Shown here: positions 29,291-38,446 of the stretch, piece by piece
Layout of the letters: the number at the start of each line of letters is the position of its first letter
How positions within the stretch are numbered: position 1 is the first letter of the stretch
Assembly: GCA_965232515.1 (NCBI GenBank)
Contig: CBDDPY010000002.1
Coordinates: 4,320,001 to 4,384,000 of the forward strand
Direction of reading: 5' to 3'
Length of the DNA: 64,000 bases
From: Alphaproteobacteria bacterium
GTDB lineage: Bacteria > Pseudomonadota > Alphaproteobacteria > GCA-2731375
Translations under genes and position numbers: made by a program
The notes under the pieces: model-generated
The model's input: the letters and a program-made list of their open reading frames with translations, nothing else
The model's database searches: none
Told to the model about the DNA's origin: nothing

Positions 29291-29917
29291 ATGTCGTTTG
29301 AGCTTTGGCTCGCCTTCGCGGTGGCGAGCGCAATTCTGCTGGCCATCCCGGGGCCGACGATCATGCTGGTGATCAGCTATGCGCTGGGCCGGGGGCGCAG
29401 CACCGGCTGGGCCACGGTGCCGGGCGTGGTGCTGGGTGACTTCACGGCGATGACGATCTCGCTGATGGGCGCGGGCGCGGTGCTGGCGGCCTCGGCGACG
29501 CTGTTCACGATCCTCAAACTCTGCGGCGCCGCATACCTGATCTGGCTTGGCATCCAGCTCTGGCGGGCGCCAGCCGTGCCCGAGATGCTGGGCACGGCCG
29601 TGCAGACGAACGGCCAGCGCAAGATGTTCGTCAGCACCTATGTGGTGACGGCGCTCAACCCGAAGAGCATCGTCTTCTTTGTCGCCTTCGTGCCGCAGTT
29701 CGTGGTCGCGGACGCGCCGCTGCTGCCGCAGTTCGCGGCACTGGAAGCGACATTCCTGACGCTCGCCGGCATCAACGCCGCGCTCTGGGCCTTGCTCGCG
29801 GGCGAGATGCGAGCCTGGTTCCGCCGGCCGACAACGCTGCGTCTGGTCAACCGCCTGGGCGGCAGCATGCTGATCGGCGCCGGCCTGCTGACTGCGGCGG
29901 CGCGCCGCACCGCCTGA
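29291..29917 (+). CDS. LysE/RhtB family exporter
   Basis: IPGP, LKLCGAAYLIWLG, LNPKSIVFF. Confidence 0.92.
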   Translation: MSFELWLAFAVASAILLAIPGPTIMLVISYALGRGRSTGWATVPGVVLGDFTAMTISLMGAGAVLAASATLFTILKLCGAAYLIWLGIQLWRAPAVPEMLGTAVQTNGQRKMFVSTYVVTALNPKSIVFFVAFVPQFVVADAPLLPQFAALEATFLTLAGINAALWALLAGEMRAWFRRPTTLRLVNRLGGSMLIGAGLLTAAARRTA

Positions 29918-29928
29918 GCCTGAGCGCG

Positions 29929-30396
29929 TTAGGCCCGGTCCACGCGCGCCGCGTAGCAGCCCTGCATGGCGTTGTGCAGATGCAGGTAGTCGACTTGCGC
30001 ATCGGCGAGCAGGCGTTCGACGACGGGCTCCAGCGCACGGCCGTCAGCGAGATCCGCCGCAACCAACATGCCGGCGCCGTCGAAGGCGCGCACCGAGAGC
30101 ACGCGACGGCGCAGCTGTTCCGGCACCTCGTTGCGATCCGGCCGCGCCTGGACGGCGCCTTCGCGCACGTAGATCGCATGGCTGGCGCGATAGGGGGTCG
30201 GCGCCGCTTGATGTTCGTAGTTGAGCAGCAAAACGGTCTCGCCGACCTCGGCATCCTGTAGCGATACCCGGCAGGGGTAGCCCGGCTTGGCATCAACGAC
30301 GTGCCGCTCGACGCCTTGCGCGGCAAGGGCCTTGGCATCCTGTCCGAACAGGTGACGGAACCGGTCGGCGCGCAGCGGGGAAATCTGAAATCCCAT
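29929..30396 (-). CDS. DUF1203 family protein
   Basis: PGYPCRVSLQDA..GE, PYRASHAIYV, YLHLHNA..GCY; GAGGAG RBS. Confidence 0.85.
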   Translation of the reverse strand: MGFQISPLRADRFRHLFGQDAKALAAQGVERHVVDAKPGYPCRVSLQDAEVGETVLLLNYEHQAAPTPYRASHAIYVREGAVQARPDRNEVPEQLRRRVLSVRAFDGAGMLVAADLADGRALEPVVERLLADAQVDYLHLHNAMQGCYAARVDRA

Positions 30397-30490
30397 AATT
30401 GTCTCCTCGTTCGTCGGTTGGCGGCATGGTTCCGCCAAACGCCACGTCCCGCCATCCGGATCTTGCGTCCCTGTCCGCGCGGGCGTGACT

Positions 30491-30512
30491 GACGCTTCGG
30501 TTAGCGGCGAAG
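30491..30512. promoter_or_regulatory. Putative operator GACGCTTCG-N8-CGAAG (copy 1)
   Basis: gacgcttcg-gttagcgg-cgaag between the divergent DUF1203 and ABM genes; same motif at 35281. Confidence 0.65.
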
Positions 30513-30571
30513 CATCAGCGTTCCGCCCGCGCTATGCTGCGCGCAACTCATTTCGAACATGGAGCGACTGG

Positions 30572-30919
30572 ATGATTGCGGTGATCTTCGAGGTCTGGCC
30601 GGCGGACGACAGGCAGCAGGCCTATCTGGACCTGGCGGGCAACCTGAAGGCCGAGCTGGAGCAGATGGACGGCTTCATTTCGGTCGATCGGTTCCAGAGC
30701 ATCTACGAGCCCGGCAAGCTGCTGTCGCTGTCGTTCTGGCGCGACGAGGACGCCGTCAGAGCCTGGCGCAACCATGCCGAACACCGCGCGACCCAGGCCA
30801 TGGGCCGGTCCGGCGTGTTCCGCGACTATCGCCTGCGCATCGCCGAGGTCGCCCGCGACTATGGCCTGAACGAACGGGCGGAAGCGCCCGAGGACTCACG
30901 CAACGCACACGGCGCCTGA
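30572..30919 (+). CDS. Antibiotic biosynthesis monooxygenase (ABM) family protein
   Basis: MIAVIFEV, DGFISVDRFQS, LSLSFWRDE, FRDYRLRIAEV.RDYG. Confidence 0.9.
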   Translation: MIAVIFEVWPADDRQQAYLDLAGNLKAELEQMDGFISVDRFQSIYEPGKLLSLSFWRDEDAVRAWRNHAEHRATQAMGRSGVFRDYRLRIAEVARDYGLNERAEAPEDSRNAHGA

Positions 30920-30931
30920 ACGCGGCCGCCG

Positions 30932-31906
30932 TCAGCCGGCGCGCGGGATCAGCTCGGCGGCGCGTCTGGCGAAGTAGGTCATGACCAGGTCGGCGCCGGC
31001 GCGCTTGAAGGCGATCAGGCTTTCCATGATCGCCTGGTCCTCGTCGATGACGCCGGCCCGGGCGGCGAACTTGATCATGGCGTACTCGCCGCTGACCTGA
31101 TAGGCGGCGAGCGGCAGCAGCGTCCGGTCGCGCAGACGCGCCAGAATGTCGAGATAAGGCATGCCCGGCTTGACCATCAGGATGTCGGCGCCCTCGGCCG
31201 CGTCGTCGAGCGATTCGCGGAGGCCCTCGCGGCCGTTCGCCGGATCCATTTGATAAGTCTTGCGGTCGCCGTCGAGATCACAGCCGGCGGCATCGCGGAA
31301 CGGGCCGTAAAAGCCCGAAGCGAACTTGGTGGAGTACGACATGATCGGCAGGCCGCGATGGCCGGCCGCGTCGAGCGCTCGGCGGATCGCCTGAACCTGG
31401 CCGTCCATCATCGCCGACGGGGCGACCACGTCGACACCGGCTTCCGCCGCGACCACGGCCTGGGCCGCGAGGTTGTCGATGGTCAGATCGTTGTCGACAT
31501 CGCCGTCGACCACGACGCCGCAATGGCCGTGGTCGGTGTATTCGCAAAAACAGATATCGGCGAACAGCGTGATCTCCGGCGCCGCGTCCTTGGCGCGCCG
31601 GATCATGCGTGCCAGCAGGCCGTCGGGCCGCATGGCATCGCCGCCATCGGCGTCCTTGGCGTGCGAGACGCCGAACAGCATCACCGCCTTGATGCCCCGG
31701 TCGGCCAGGCCCCGCATGACCGCGCCGACGCGATCCTCGGGCTCGCGCGACACGCCGGGCATGCTGGCGATGGCGACCGGCTCGGCGAGGCCTTCCTCGA
31801 CAAAAATCGGATAGATCAGGTCATCCATGGTGACGGCGTGCTCGCGCACCAGGCCGCGCAGGCCGTCGGTGCGGCGCAGCCGCCGCAAGCGGGTCGCCGG
31901 AAACAT
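30932..31906 (-). CDS. hemB: Porphobilinogen synthase (Zn-binding type)
   Basis: RLRRLR, DICFCEYTDHGHCG, APSAMMDG, MSYSTKF, MVKPG, AYQVSGEY. Confidence 0.95.
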   Translation of the reverse strand: MFPATRLRRLRRTDGLRGLVREHAVTMDDLIYPIFVEEGLAEPVAIASMPGVSREPEDRVGAVMRGLADRGIKAVMLFGVSHAKDADGGDAMRPDGLLARMIRRAKDAAPEITLFADICFCEYTDHGHCGVVVDGDVDNDLTIDNLAAQAVVAAEAGVDVVAPSAMMDGQVQAIRRALDAAGHRGLPIMSYSTKFASGFYGPFRDAAGCDLDGDRKTYQMDPANGREGLRESLDDAAEGADILMVKPGMPYLDILARLRDRTLLPLAAYQVSGEYAMIKFAARAGVIDEDQAIMESLIAFKRAGADLVMTYFARRAAELIPRAG

Positions 31907-31995
31907 GGGCGTTTCGCCTCCGTCTTCTCGGGTCGTTCGCGGCACTCTATCATCGCCGTCCGAACCGGCAACCGACGCCCGCCCGAGAATCAGAG

Positions 31996-33150
31996 ATGCG
32001 CATCGTCGACATCCGTGAACGCACCGTGCCGATCTCGCGCTACGCCGATCCGGCGCTGCCGTCGGGCGGCCTGACCACCAGCATCGTCGCCGTCGTCACC
32101 GACGCCGTGCGCGACGGCGAACCGGTGACCGGCTATGGCTTCGCCTCGTTCGGCCGGTTCGGCCAGGGCGGGCTGATTCGCGAACGCTTTGCGCCGCGGC
32201 TGCTGGCGGCGGACGATCTCGGCGGCGACCGGCTCGATCCGTTCCACGCCTGGACGGCGATGATGGCCGGCGAGAAGCCGGGCGGTCACGGCGAACGCTG
32301 CGTTGCCGTCGGCGCGTTGGACATGGCGGTATGGGATGCCGCCGCCAAGCTCGACGAACAGCCGCTCTACCGCCACGTTGCCGAGCGCACCGGCCGCCCG
32401 TTGCCGACCACGCCCGACCTGCCGGTCTATGCCGGCGGCGGCTACGTCTATCCCAAGAACGATATCGCGCGCCTGACCGACGAGGTCCGGCGGCACCTCG
32501 ACGCCGGCTACGACCGGGTGAAGATCAAGACCGGCGGCGCTTCGTTGACGGCCGACATGGCGCGGATCGAGGCGGTGCTGACGCTGCTGCCGGCCGGCGA
32601 CCGGCTGGCGGTCGATGCCATGAACGCCTACGACGCGAGCCAGGCGCTCGAGGCGGCGACGACATTGGCGCCGCTCGACCTGATGTGGTTCGAGGACATC
32701 TGCGATCCGCTCGACCTCGACACCCACGCACAGATCGCCGCCGGCTACAGACCGCCGATCGCGGCCGGCGAGGCGATGTTCTCGGCCGCGGAGGCGCGGC
32801 TGCTGTTCCGGCATGGCGGGTTGCGGCCGGACCGCGACATCCTGCTGTTCGATCCCGCGCACTGCTATGGCCTGCCGGGTTACCTGGAGATCATCGCCGC
32901 GGCGGAAGCGCACGGCTGGTCGCGCCGCGCGTTCTGGCCGCATGGCGGACACCTGTTCAGCCTGCACGTCGCCTATGCGTTTGGCCTTGGCGGCAGCGAG
33001 ATCAATCCCGCGAGCTTTCCGCCGTTCGGCAGTCTTGCCGATGGCGCGGTCGTCACGAACGGTCGCACCGCGCCACCGGACGCGCCCGGCATCGGCTTCG
33101 AGACCAAAGCAGAATTGATAGATTTGTTCCGGAATCTGGTCAGCGGTTGA
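31996..33150 (+). CDS. Enolase-superfamily enzyme, D-tartrate dehydratase-like (mandelate racemase subgroup)
   Basis: GQGGLIRERF, EKPGGHGER, DMAVWDA..K, KIK, PHGGH. Confidence 0.88.
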   Translation: MRIVDIRERTVPISRYADPALPSGGLTTSIVAVVTDAVRDGEPVTGYGFASFGRFGQGGLIRERFAPRLLAADDLGGDRLDPFHAWTAMMAGEKPGGHGERCVAVGALDMAVWDAAAKLDEQPLYRHVAERTGRPLPTTPDLPVYAGGGYVYPKNDIARLTDEVRRHLDAGYDRVKIKTGGASLTADMARIEAVLTLLPAGDRLAVDAMNAYDASQALEAATTLAPLDLMWFEDICDPLDLDTHAQIAAGYRPPIAAGEAMFSAAEARLLFRHGGLRPDRDILLFDPAHCYGLPGYLEIIAAAEAHGWSRRAFWPHGGHLFSLHVAYAFGLGGSEINPASFPPFGSLADGAVVTNGRTAPPDAPGIGFETKAELIDLFRNLVSG

Positions 33151-34441
33151 GCCGGCCGGCAACGACGCGGACCCTGCGCGGGGCCGCGAGCCAGATCAGC
33201 ACCGCCGAGGCGAGACTGAGAGCAATAGCGATCTGGAACGACGATGCGTAGCTGCCGGTCAAGTCGAACAGCGCGCCGGTAAGCCAGGGGCCGCCGGCGG
33301 CGCCGGCGCTGCCGGCGATGGTGAGCGTGCCGAAGATGGTGCCGTAGCGCGGGCCTTGAAAGATATCGGCGGCCACCGCGCCATAGACCGCGGCCAGGCC
33401 GTAGCCGAACAGGCCCTGCGCCGCGACCATGAGATAGACCAGCACAAGGCTGGGTTGGTGTTGCATGATCAGGAGCAGAGCGTAAGCGCCGGCAAAACCG
33501 ACGACGCTGATCGTCCAGACCCATTCGCGGCCGATACGGTCCGACAGGTGGCCGAGGGCGGGCTGACCGAGCACGCCGAACAGGCCGACAAAGCCGAGCG
33601 CCAGCGCCGCCTGGCCGGCATCGACCCCGAGGTCCAGGAGATACTTGGTCTGGTGCACCAGGATCGCGTACCAGGCGAACATGGCGCCGAAATAGGCGCC
33701 GGCGATCAGCCAGAACCGGACAGTGCGCGCGGCGCGAAAGATCGTCCAGTCGATGGCGGTCCAGGCGCGGTCGACGACATTGTCGGGTTGTGCCGCCGTC
33801 GCTTTCGTGGCGGCTGGAACGGGATCGCCATCGGGCGTCAGGCCGAGATCTTCGGGCCGCTGGCGCTGCAGCAGCGCGTTCATCGGCACGACGACGACCA
33901 GCAGCAGCGCCGCGAACGCCCAACAGCCCTGGCGCCAGCCGATGCCGTCGATGGCGGTCTGGAACAGCGGCAGCAGCAGAATGGCGCCGATCCCGACGCC
34001 GGAAAAGGCGATGCCCATGGCCAGCCCCCGCCGACGCGCGAACCAGTTCGGCAGGAACACCATGTGGCCGATATAGCTCAGCAGCGTGCTGGCCCCAACA
34101 ACGAGCACGCCGAGTGTCAGATAGAAATGCCAGGGCTGCGTCGACAAGGTGGCGAGCACGAGACCGAGGCTGACCAGCACGGCGCCGGCCGGGATCACCA
34201 GTCGCGGCCCGAACCGGTCCATGCAATAGCCGATCAGCGGGGCGTAGAGCGCCGACGACACGAAGCCGATCGAGAAGGCCGCCGCGGTGACGCCGCGATC
34301 CCATTGGAACTCGGCCAGGATCGGCGGGAACAGCAGCGAGAAGACCGGCCGCGTGTTCACGCCGATGGCCATCGTCACGAAAGCGACGGCGACGACGATC
34401 CAGCCATAAAACAGGCGCGGCCGTTCCGGGCGCTGTAACAT
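33140..34441 (-). CDS. MFS transporter
   Basis: FYGWIVV, DRFGPR, WF.RRRGLAMG, SDRIGR; about 12 TM segments. Confidence 0.92.
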   Translation of the reverse strand: MLQRPERPRLFYGWIVVAVAFVTMAIGVNTRPVFSLLFPPILAEFQWDRGVTAAAFSIGFVSSALYAPLIGYCMDRFGPRLVIPAGAVLVSLGLVLATLSTQPWHFYLTLGVLVVGASTLLSYIGHMVFLPNWFARRRGLAMGIAFSGVGIGAILLLPLFQTAIDGIGWRQGCWAFAALLLVVVVPMNALLQRQRPEDLGLTPDGDPVPAATKATAAQPDNVVDRAWTAIDWTIFRAARTVRFWLIAGAYFGAMFAWYAILVHQTKYLLDLGVDAGQAALALGFVGLFGVLGQPALGHLSDRIGREWVWTISVVGFAGAYALLLIMQHQPSLVLVYLMVAAQGLFGYGLAAVYGAVAADIFQGPRYGTIFGTLTIAGSAGAAGGPWLTGALFDLTGSYASSFQIAIALSLASAVLIWLAAPRRVRVVAGRLNR

Positions 34442-34573
34442 GCCGTTGTCTCGACGTTATGCGGGCTGATCCGGTGCTGCCACCGGGCTCGAACGAGCGT
34501 TTGCCAGCATGGCACGGTCGCACGCTATCGCAAAAGCGCTTCGCTTGCCGAGCAACGCGTCGGCCGTATCGAT

Positions 34574-35206
34574 TCAGCTCGCAGCGCGGCGTGGATCGGC
34601 GAAGGCGACGGCCGACGCGGTGAAGATGTAGAAGCCGCCGGCCGTGCGGTTGAACAGCCGTTGCCGCCGGGCCGAGGTCAGCAGGCGGCGCAACGGCCCG
34701 CCGAGCAGCACCCAGCCGCCGTAGATCATGGCGACGATGGCGCTGGCCGTCGGCATCAGCACGGCAAGCTGCGGCGCCAGCGGCGCCGCCGGATCGATGG
34801 CCTGGGTGAAGACCGAGAGATACATCAGCACGGCCTTGGGGTTGCTCATCGAGACGAGGAAACCGAAGCGCAACAGGCGGCCCGACGACTCGACCGGTCG
34901 GGCCGCGATGGTCAGCTCTGTCGCGGGGCGGCGCCAGAGCAGGATCCCGATCCAGACGAGATAGGCGATGCCGAGCCATTTCAACACGTGGAACAGTTCG
35001 GCATAGAGCAGCAGCAGCGCGCCGAAGCCGAAAACCGCCAGCAGCGCGTGCGCGACGCTGGCGAGCGTGATGCCGGCCGCCGTCCAGAGCGCCCGGCGCG
35101 GACCGTTCGACACCGCCGCCGTCACGCAGGCGACGGCGTTGGGCCCGACCGGCAGGCCGACCGCCGTCCAGATCACCACGAAGGCCAGCCATTCCTGCAA
35201 CGACAT
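34574..35206 (-). CDS. LysE/RhtB family exporter
   Basis: VGPN, LKWLGIAYLVWIG, SNPKA; GGGAGG RBS. Confidence 0.9.
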   Translation of the reverse strand: MSLQEWLAFVVIWTAVGLPVGPNAVACVTAAVSNGPRRALWTAAGITLASVAHALLAVFGFGALLLLYAELFHVLKWLGIAYLVWIGILLWRRPATELTIAARPVESSGRLLRFGFLVSMSNPKAVLMYLSVFTQAIDPAAPLAPQLAVLMPTASAIVAMIYGGWVLLGGPLRRLLTSARRQRLFNRTAGGFYIFTASAVAFADPRRAAS

Positions 35207-35268
35207 CCCCGTCCTCCCGCGTCCCGGATATTCAACGACGGATGACAGCCTGATCGCGGCCGTCATTC

Positions 35269-35302
35269 TTGTCCAGCAGAGACGCTTCGTTTAAGGTCGA
35301 AG
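35269..35302 (+). promoter_or_regulatory. Putative leaderless sigma-70 promoter overlapped by operator copy 2
   Basis: TTGTCC-N17-TAAGGT, 6 nt before ATG 35304; gacgcttcg-tttaaggt-cgaag (35281-35302) spans the -10. Confidence 0.65.
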
Positions 35303-35303
35303 T

Positions 35304-35993
35304 ATGACTGACGCTCCTTTCATCGCCGAAACGGGCGCGCTGATCGGCGATCCGGCCCGGGCCAACATCATCGCCGCGCTGATGGACGGCAAGGCGCGCA
35401 CGGCCACCGAGCTCGCCTATGCCGCCGGCGTCTCGCCGCAGACGACCAGCGCGCATCTCGCCAAGCTGACCGAGGGCCGGCTGATCACGCTCACGCGCCA
35501 GGGCCGGCACCGGTATTACAGCCTTGCCGGACGGGAGGTGGCGGAAGCCATCGAGGCGCTGATGCGGCTGGCCGCGAGCGGACCGCCGCGACACCGTCCG
35601 ACCGGACCGCGCGACGAGGCCATGCGGCGGGCCCGAACCTGCTACGACCATCTGGCCGGCCGGCTGGGCGTGGCGTTGGCCGACGCGCTGACCAAGCGGC
35701 GCTACCTTCGCGCCGTCGGCAACGACTTCGAGGCGACCAAGTCGGGCCGCCAGTTCTTCGACGATTTCGGCATCGACCTCAACGCCGCCCGCGGCCGCCG
35801 GCGCGCCTTCGCCCGGTCCTGCCTGGACTGGAGCGAACGCCGGCCGCATATCGCCGGTGCGCTGGGCGCGGCGCTGGCCGACCGCTGCCTCGAACTCCGC
35901 TGGATCGCCCGCATCGAGGATGGCCGCGCCATGCGCATCACCGAGCGCGGCACGCGCGGCCTGGCGGATGCGTTCGGTATTGAGATCGATTGA
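35304..35993 (+). CDS. ArsR/SmtB family regulator with C-terminal CYDHLAG/CLDW domain
   Basis: LIGDPARA, TATELA, SAHLAKL, QGRHRYY, ARTCYDHLAG, CLDWSERRPH. Confidence 0.92.
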   Translation: MTDAPFIAETGALIGDPARANIIAALMDGKARTATELAYAAGVSPQTTSAHLAKLTEGRLITLTRQGRHRYYSLAGREVAEAIEALMRLAASGPPRHRPTGPRDEAMRRARTCYDHLAGRLGVALADALTKRRYLRAVGNDFEATKSGRQFFDDFGIDLNAARGRRRAFARSCLDWSERRPHIAGALGAALADRCLELRWIARIEDGRAMRITERGTRGLADAFGIEID

Positions 35994-35999
35994 TTCCGA

Positions 36000-36500
36000 A
36001 TGGACGTCGTCGTCACGGCCGATGGACAGCTTAGCTACGGCAACGCGCGCTGGCGCTGCGCGTTGGGGCGTGGCGGCATCGTGGCCGACAAGCGCGAGGG
36101 CGACGGCGGCACGCCGGTCGGCACGTTTCCGTTGCGACGACTGCTCTATCGGCCGGACCGGGTGGCGGCGCCGGCGACGCGGCTGCCGGCGCGGGCGCTG
36201 ACGCCGGCCGACGGCTGGTGCGACGATCCGGCCGACGCGGCTTATAACCGGCCGATCACCCTTCCCTTCGCCGCCAGCCACGAAAAGATGTGGCGGGACG
36301 ATGCGATCTACGACGTGGTCGTCGTGCTGGGCCACAACGACGATCCGCCGGTGGCGGGACGCGGCTCGGCGATCTTCCTGCATGTCGCCAGGCCCGACTA
36401 TCGGCCGACCGAAGGCTGCGTGGCGCTGGCGCTTGACGATCTGCTGACGGTGCTGGCGGATTGCGGGCCGGAGACGCGCCTGAAGGTTCAACCGGGCTGA
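36000..36500 (+). CDS. L,D-transpeptidase (YkuD-like) family protein
   Basis: KREGDGGTP, GSAIFLH, PTEGCVAL. Confidence 0.9.
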   Translation: MDVVVTADGQLSYGNARWRCALGRGGIVADKREGDGGTPVGTFPLRRLLYRPDRVAAPATRLPARALTPADGWCDDPADAAYNRPITLPFAASHEKMWRDDAIYDVVVVLGHNDDPPVAGRGSAIFLHVARPDYRPTEGCVALALDDLLTVLADCGPETRLKVQPG

Positions 36501-37204
36501 GGCGGCCAGGGTTCGCGCGGGCCGAAGATCGCGGTGCCGACGCGCACATGGGTCGCGCCGAATTCGATCGCGGTTTCGAAATCGGCGCTCATGCCCATGG
36601 ACAGACCGGGAAGATCGTTGCGCTCGGCAATCTGGCGGAGCAGCGCGAAATGCAGCGCCGGCTCCTCGTCGAGCGGCGGAATGCACATCAGGCCCTTGAG
36701 CGGCAGCTTCAGCTCGTCACGGCAGAGGCGGATGAAGTCGTCGGCATCGACCGGCAGCACGCCGGCCTTCTGCGGTTCCTCGCCGGTATTGATCTCGACG
36801 AAGCAATCGAGCCAGCGATCCTGGGCCGCCATCTCTCGAGCGAGCGCGCGCGCCAGCTTGGGGCGGTCAACGGTTTCGATGGCGTCGAATAGCGCGACGG
36901 CCTTCTTCACCTTGTTGGTCTGCAGCGGCCCGATCAGGTGCACGCGGACATCCGGATGCGCCGCCTTGAGCGCCGGCCATTTGCCTTCCGCTTCCTGCAC
37001 GCGGTTCTCGCCAAAGAGCTTGTGGCCGGCGGCGATCGCCGGCTCGATACGTTCGGCACCGTGGGTCTTGCTGACCGCCACGAGCGTCACCTCGGCCGGA
37101 TCCCGTCCCGCAGCCCCGGCCGCGGCGGCGATCGTTTCGTTTACCGCGCTGAGATTGGCCGCGACATCGACGGTCGCTTCACTTGGCGTTGTCTGCAGGC
37201 TCAT
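36488..37204 (-). CDS. yggS: PLP homeostasis protein, YggS family
   Basis: LVAVSKT, FGENRVQE, HLIGPLQTNK, LSMGMSAD, VRVGTAIFG. Confidence 0.95.
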   Translation of the reverse strand: MSLQTTPSEATVDVAANLSAVNETIAAAAGAAGRDPAEVTLVAVSKTHGAERIEPAIAAGHKLFGENRVQEAEGKWPALKAAHPDVRVHLIGPLQTNKVKKAVALFDAIETVDRPKLARALAREMAAQDRWLDCFVEINTGEEPQKAGVLPVDADDFIRLCRDELKLPLKGLMCIPPLDEEPALHFALLRQIAERNDLPGLSMGMSADFETAIEFGATHVRVGTAIFGPREPWPPQPG

Positions 37205-37234
37205 GGCAGTGTCGCGAGATCCTTGGGAGGGCGC

Positions 37235-37846
37235 GTGACGACCGTAGCAAACATGGGCCAGCGGCTCAATTCGCGGCACCCGGTCGGCCGCCGACTGCCG
37301 CCGCTGATCCTGATGACCGATGCCATGCGGCTGCCGGACCCGCTGGCCGCGGCGGCGCGGCTTCCGGCCGGCGCGGCGGTGATCCTGCGTGACTACGACG
37401 CGGCCGACCGGACCGATTTGGCCGACGCATTGTCGACGCTCTGCCGGACACGGCGACTGCGGCTGCTGGTGGCGGCCGATGCAAAGTTGGCGGCCCTTGT
37501 CGGGGCGGACGGCGTGCATCTGCCCGAAGATCTGGTTCCACGGATGCCGAGACGATGGCCGCGACGCTGGCTGATTACCGCGGCGGCGCATTCGCCGGCG
37601 GCAATGTGGCGGGCCCGACGCGCGGGGGCGGACGCCGCGCTGCTGTCGCCGGTGTTCGCCACAGCGAGCCACCCGGGCGCGCCTACGCTGGGCGCGCTGC
37701 GCTTCGCCGCTTGGGCGAACCAAGCGCCACTGCCGGTCTATGCGCTGGGCGGCATCAACGCGGGCACGGCACGGCGGCTGACCGACAGCCGCGCCGTCGG
37801 TCTCGCGGGGATCGGCGGCATGACAGACGATAGCGGCAGACGGTAG
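37235..37846 (+). CDS. Thiamine phosphate synthase-like (ThiE/TenI) protein
   Basis: DGVHLP, AAAHS, LSPVFATASHP, PVYALGGI; start uncertain (GTG 37235 or ATG 37253). Confidence 0.85.
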   Translation: MTTVANMGQRLNSRHPVGRRLPPLILMTDAMRLPDPLAAAARLPAGAAVILRDYDAADRTDLADALSTLCRTRRLRLLVAADAKLAALVGADGVHLPEDLVPRMPRRWPRRWLITAAAHSPAAMWRARRAGADAALLSPVFATASHPGAPTLGALRFAAWANQAPLPVYALGGINAGTARRLTDSRAVGLAGIGGMTDDSGRR

Positions 37847-37878
37847 ACTGCGGCGGTTTTCCGACATCGGATGTATCG

Positions 37879-38445
37879 ATGCGCCTCAATCTCGGCTGCG
37901 GCTACGACAAACGCGACGGCTGGCTCAACGTCGACGCGACCGCCGCCTGCGCGCCCGACGAGGTCGTGGACCTGGAGCGCCTGCCCTGGCCCTGGGCGGA
38001 CAACGCGGTCGACGAAGTACTGATGAAGCACGTGCTGGAGCATCTGGGCGCCAGCACCGAGGTCTATCTGGGCCTGATGGCCGAGCTCTGGCGGGTCTGC
38101 CGGCACGGCGCCGAGGTGCGGATCGTGGTGCCGCATCCGCGGCACGACCACTATCTGAACGACCCGACGCACGTACGGCCGATCACGCCCGAGGGCCTGG
38201 AGATGTTCAGCCAGCGCAAGAACCGCGAATGGGTTGAGAAGGGGCTGGGCAACACGCCGCTGGGCCTGCATCTGGGCATCGATTTCGATATTACGTCCGT
38301 CGACATGCGGCCCGACGGCGTCTGGCGCGAACGGTTGCAGCGCGGTGAGATCACGACCCAGGACCTGGCTCAGGCCATGCGGCAGTTCAATAACGTCATC
38401 GCCGAAACGACAGTGGTGCTGCGCGCCGTCAAGGAACCGGGCTGA
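37879..38445 (+). CDS. Methyltransferase-domain protein
   Basis: RLNLGCG, GWLNVD, DL..LPWP, HVLEH, DPTHVR. Confidence 0.85.
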   Translation: MRLNLGCGYDKRDGWLNVDATAACAPDEVVDLERLPWPWADNAVDEVLMKHVLEHLGASTEVYLGLMAELWRVCRHGAEVRIVVPHPRHDHYLNDPTHVRPITPEGLEMFSQRKNREWVEKGLGNTPLGLHLGIDFDITSVDMRPDGVWRERLQRGEITTQDLAQAMRQFNNVIAETTVVLRAVKEPG

Positions 38446-38446
38446 G

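Noticed and set aside
31960-31985. Third copy of the ArsR operator between hemB and the enolase-family gene
   Set aside because: Only one half-site (GTTCG on the minus strand) matches; too weak to call without a weight matrix.
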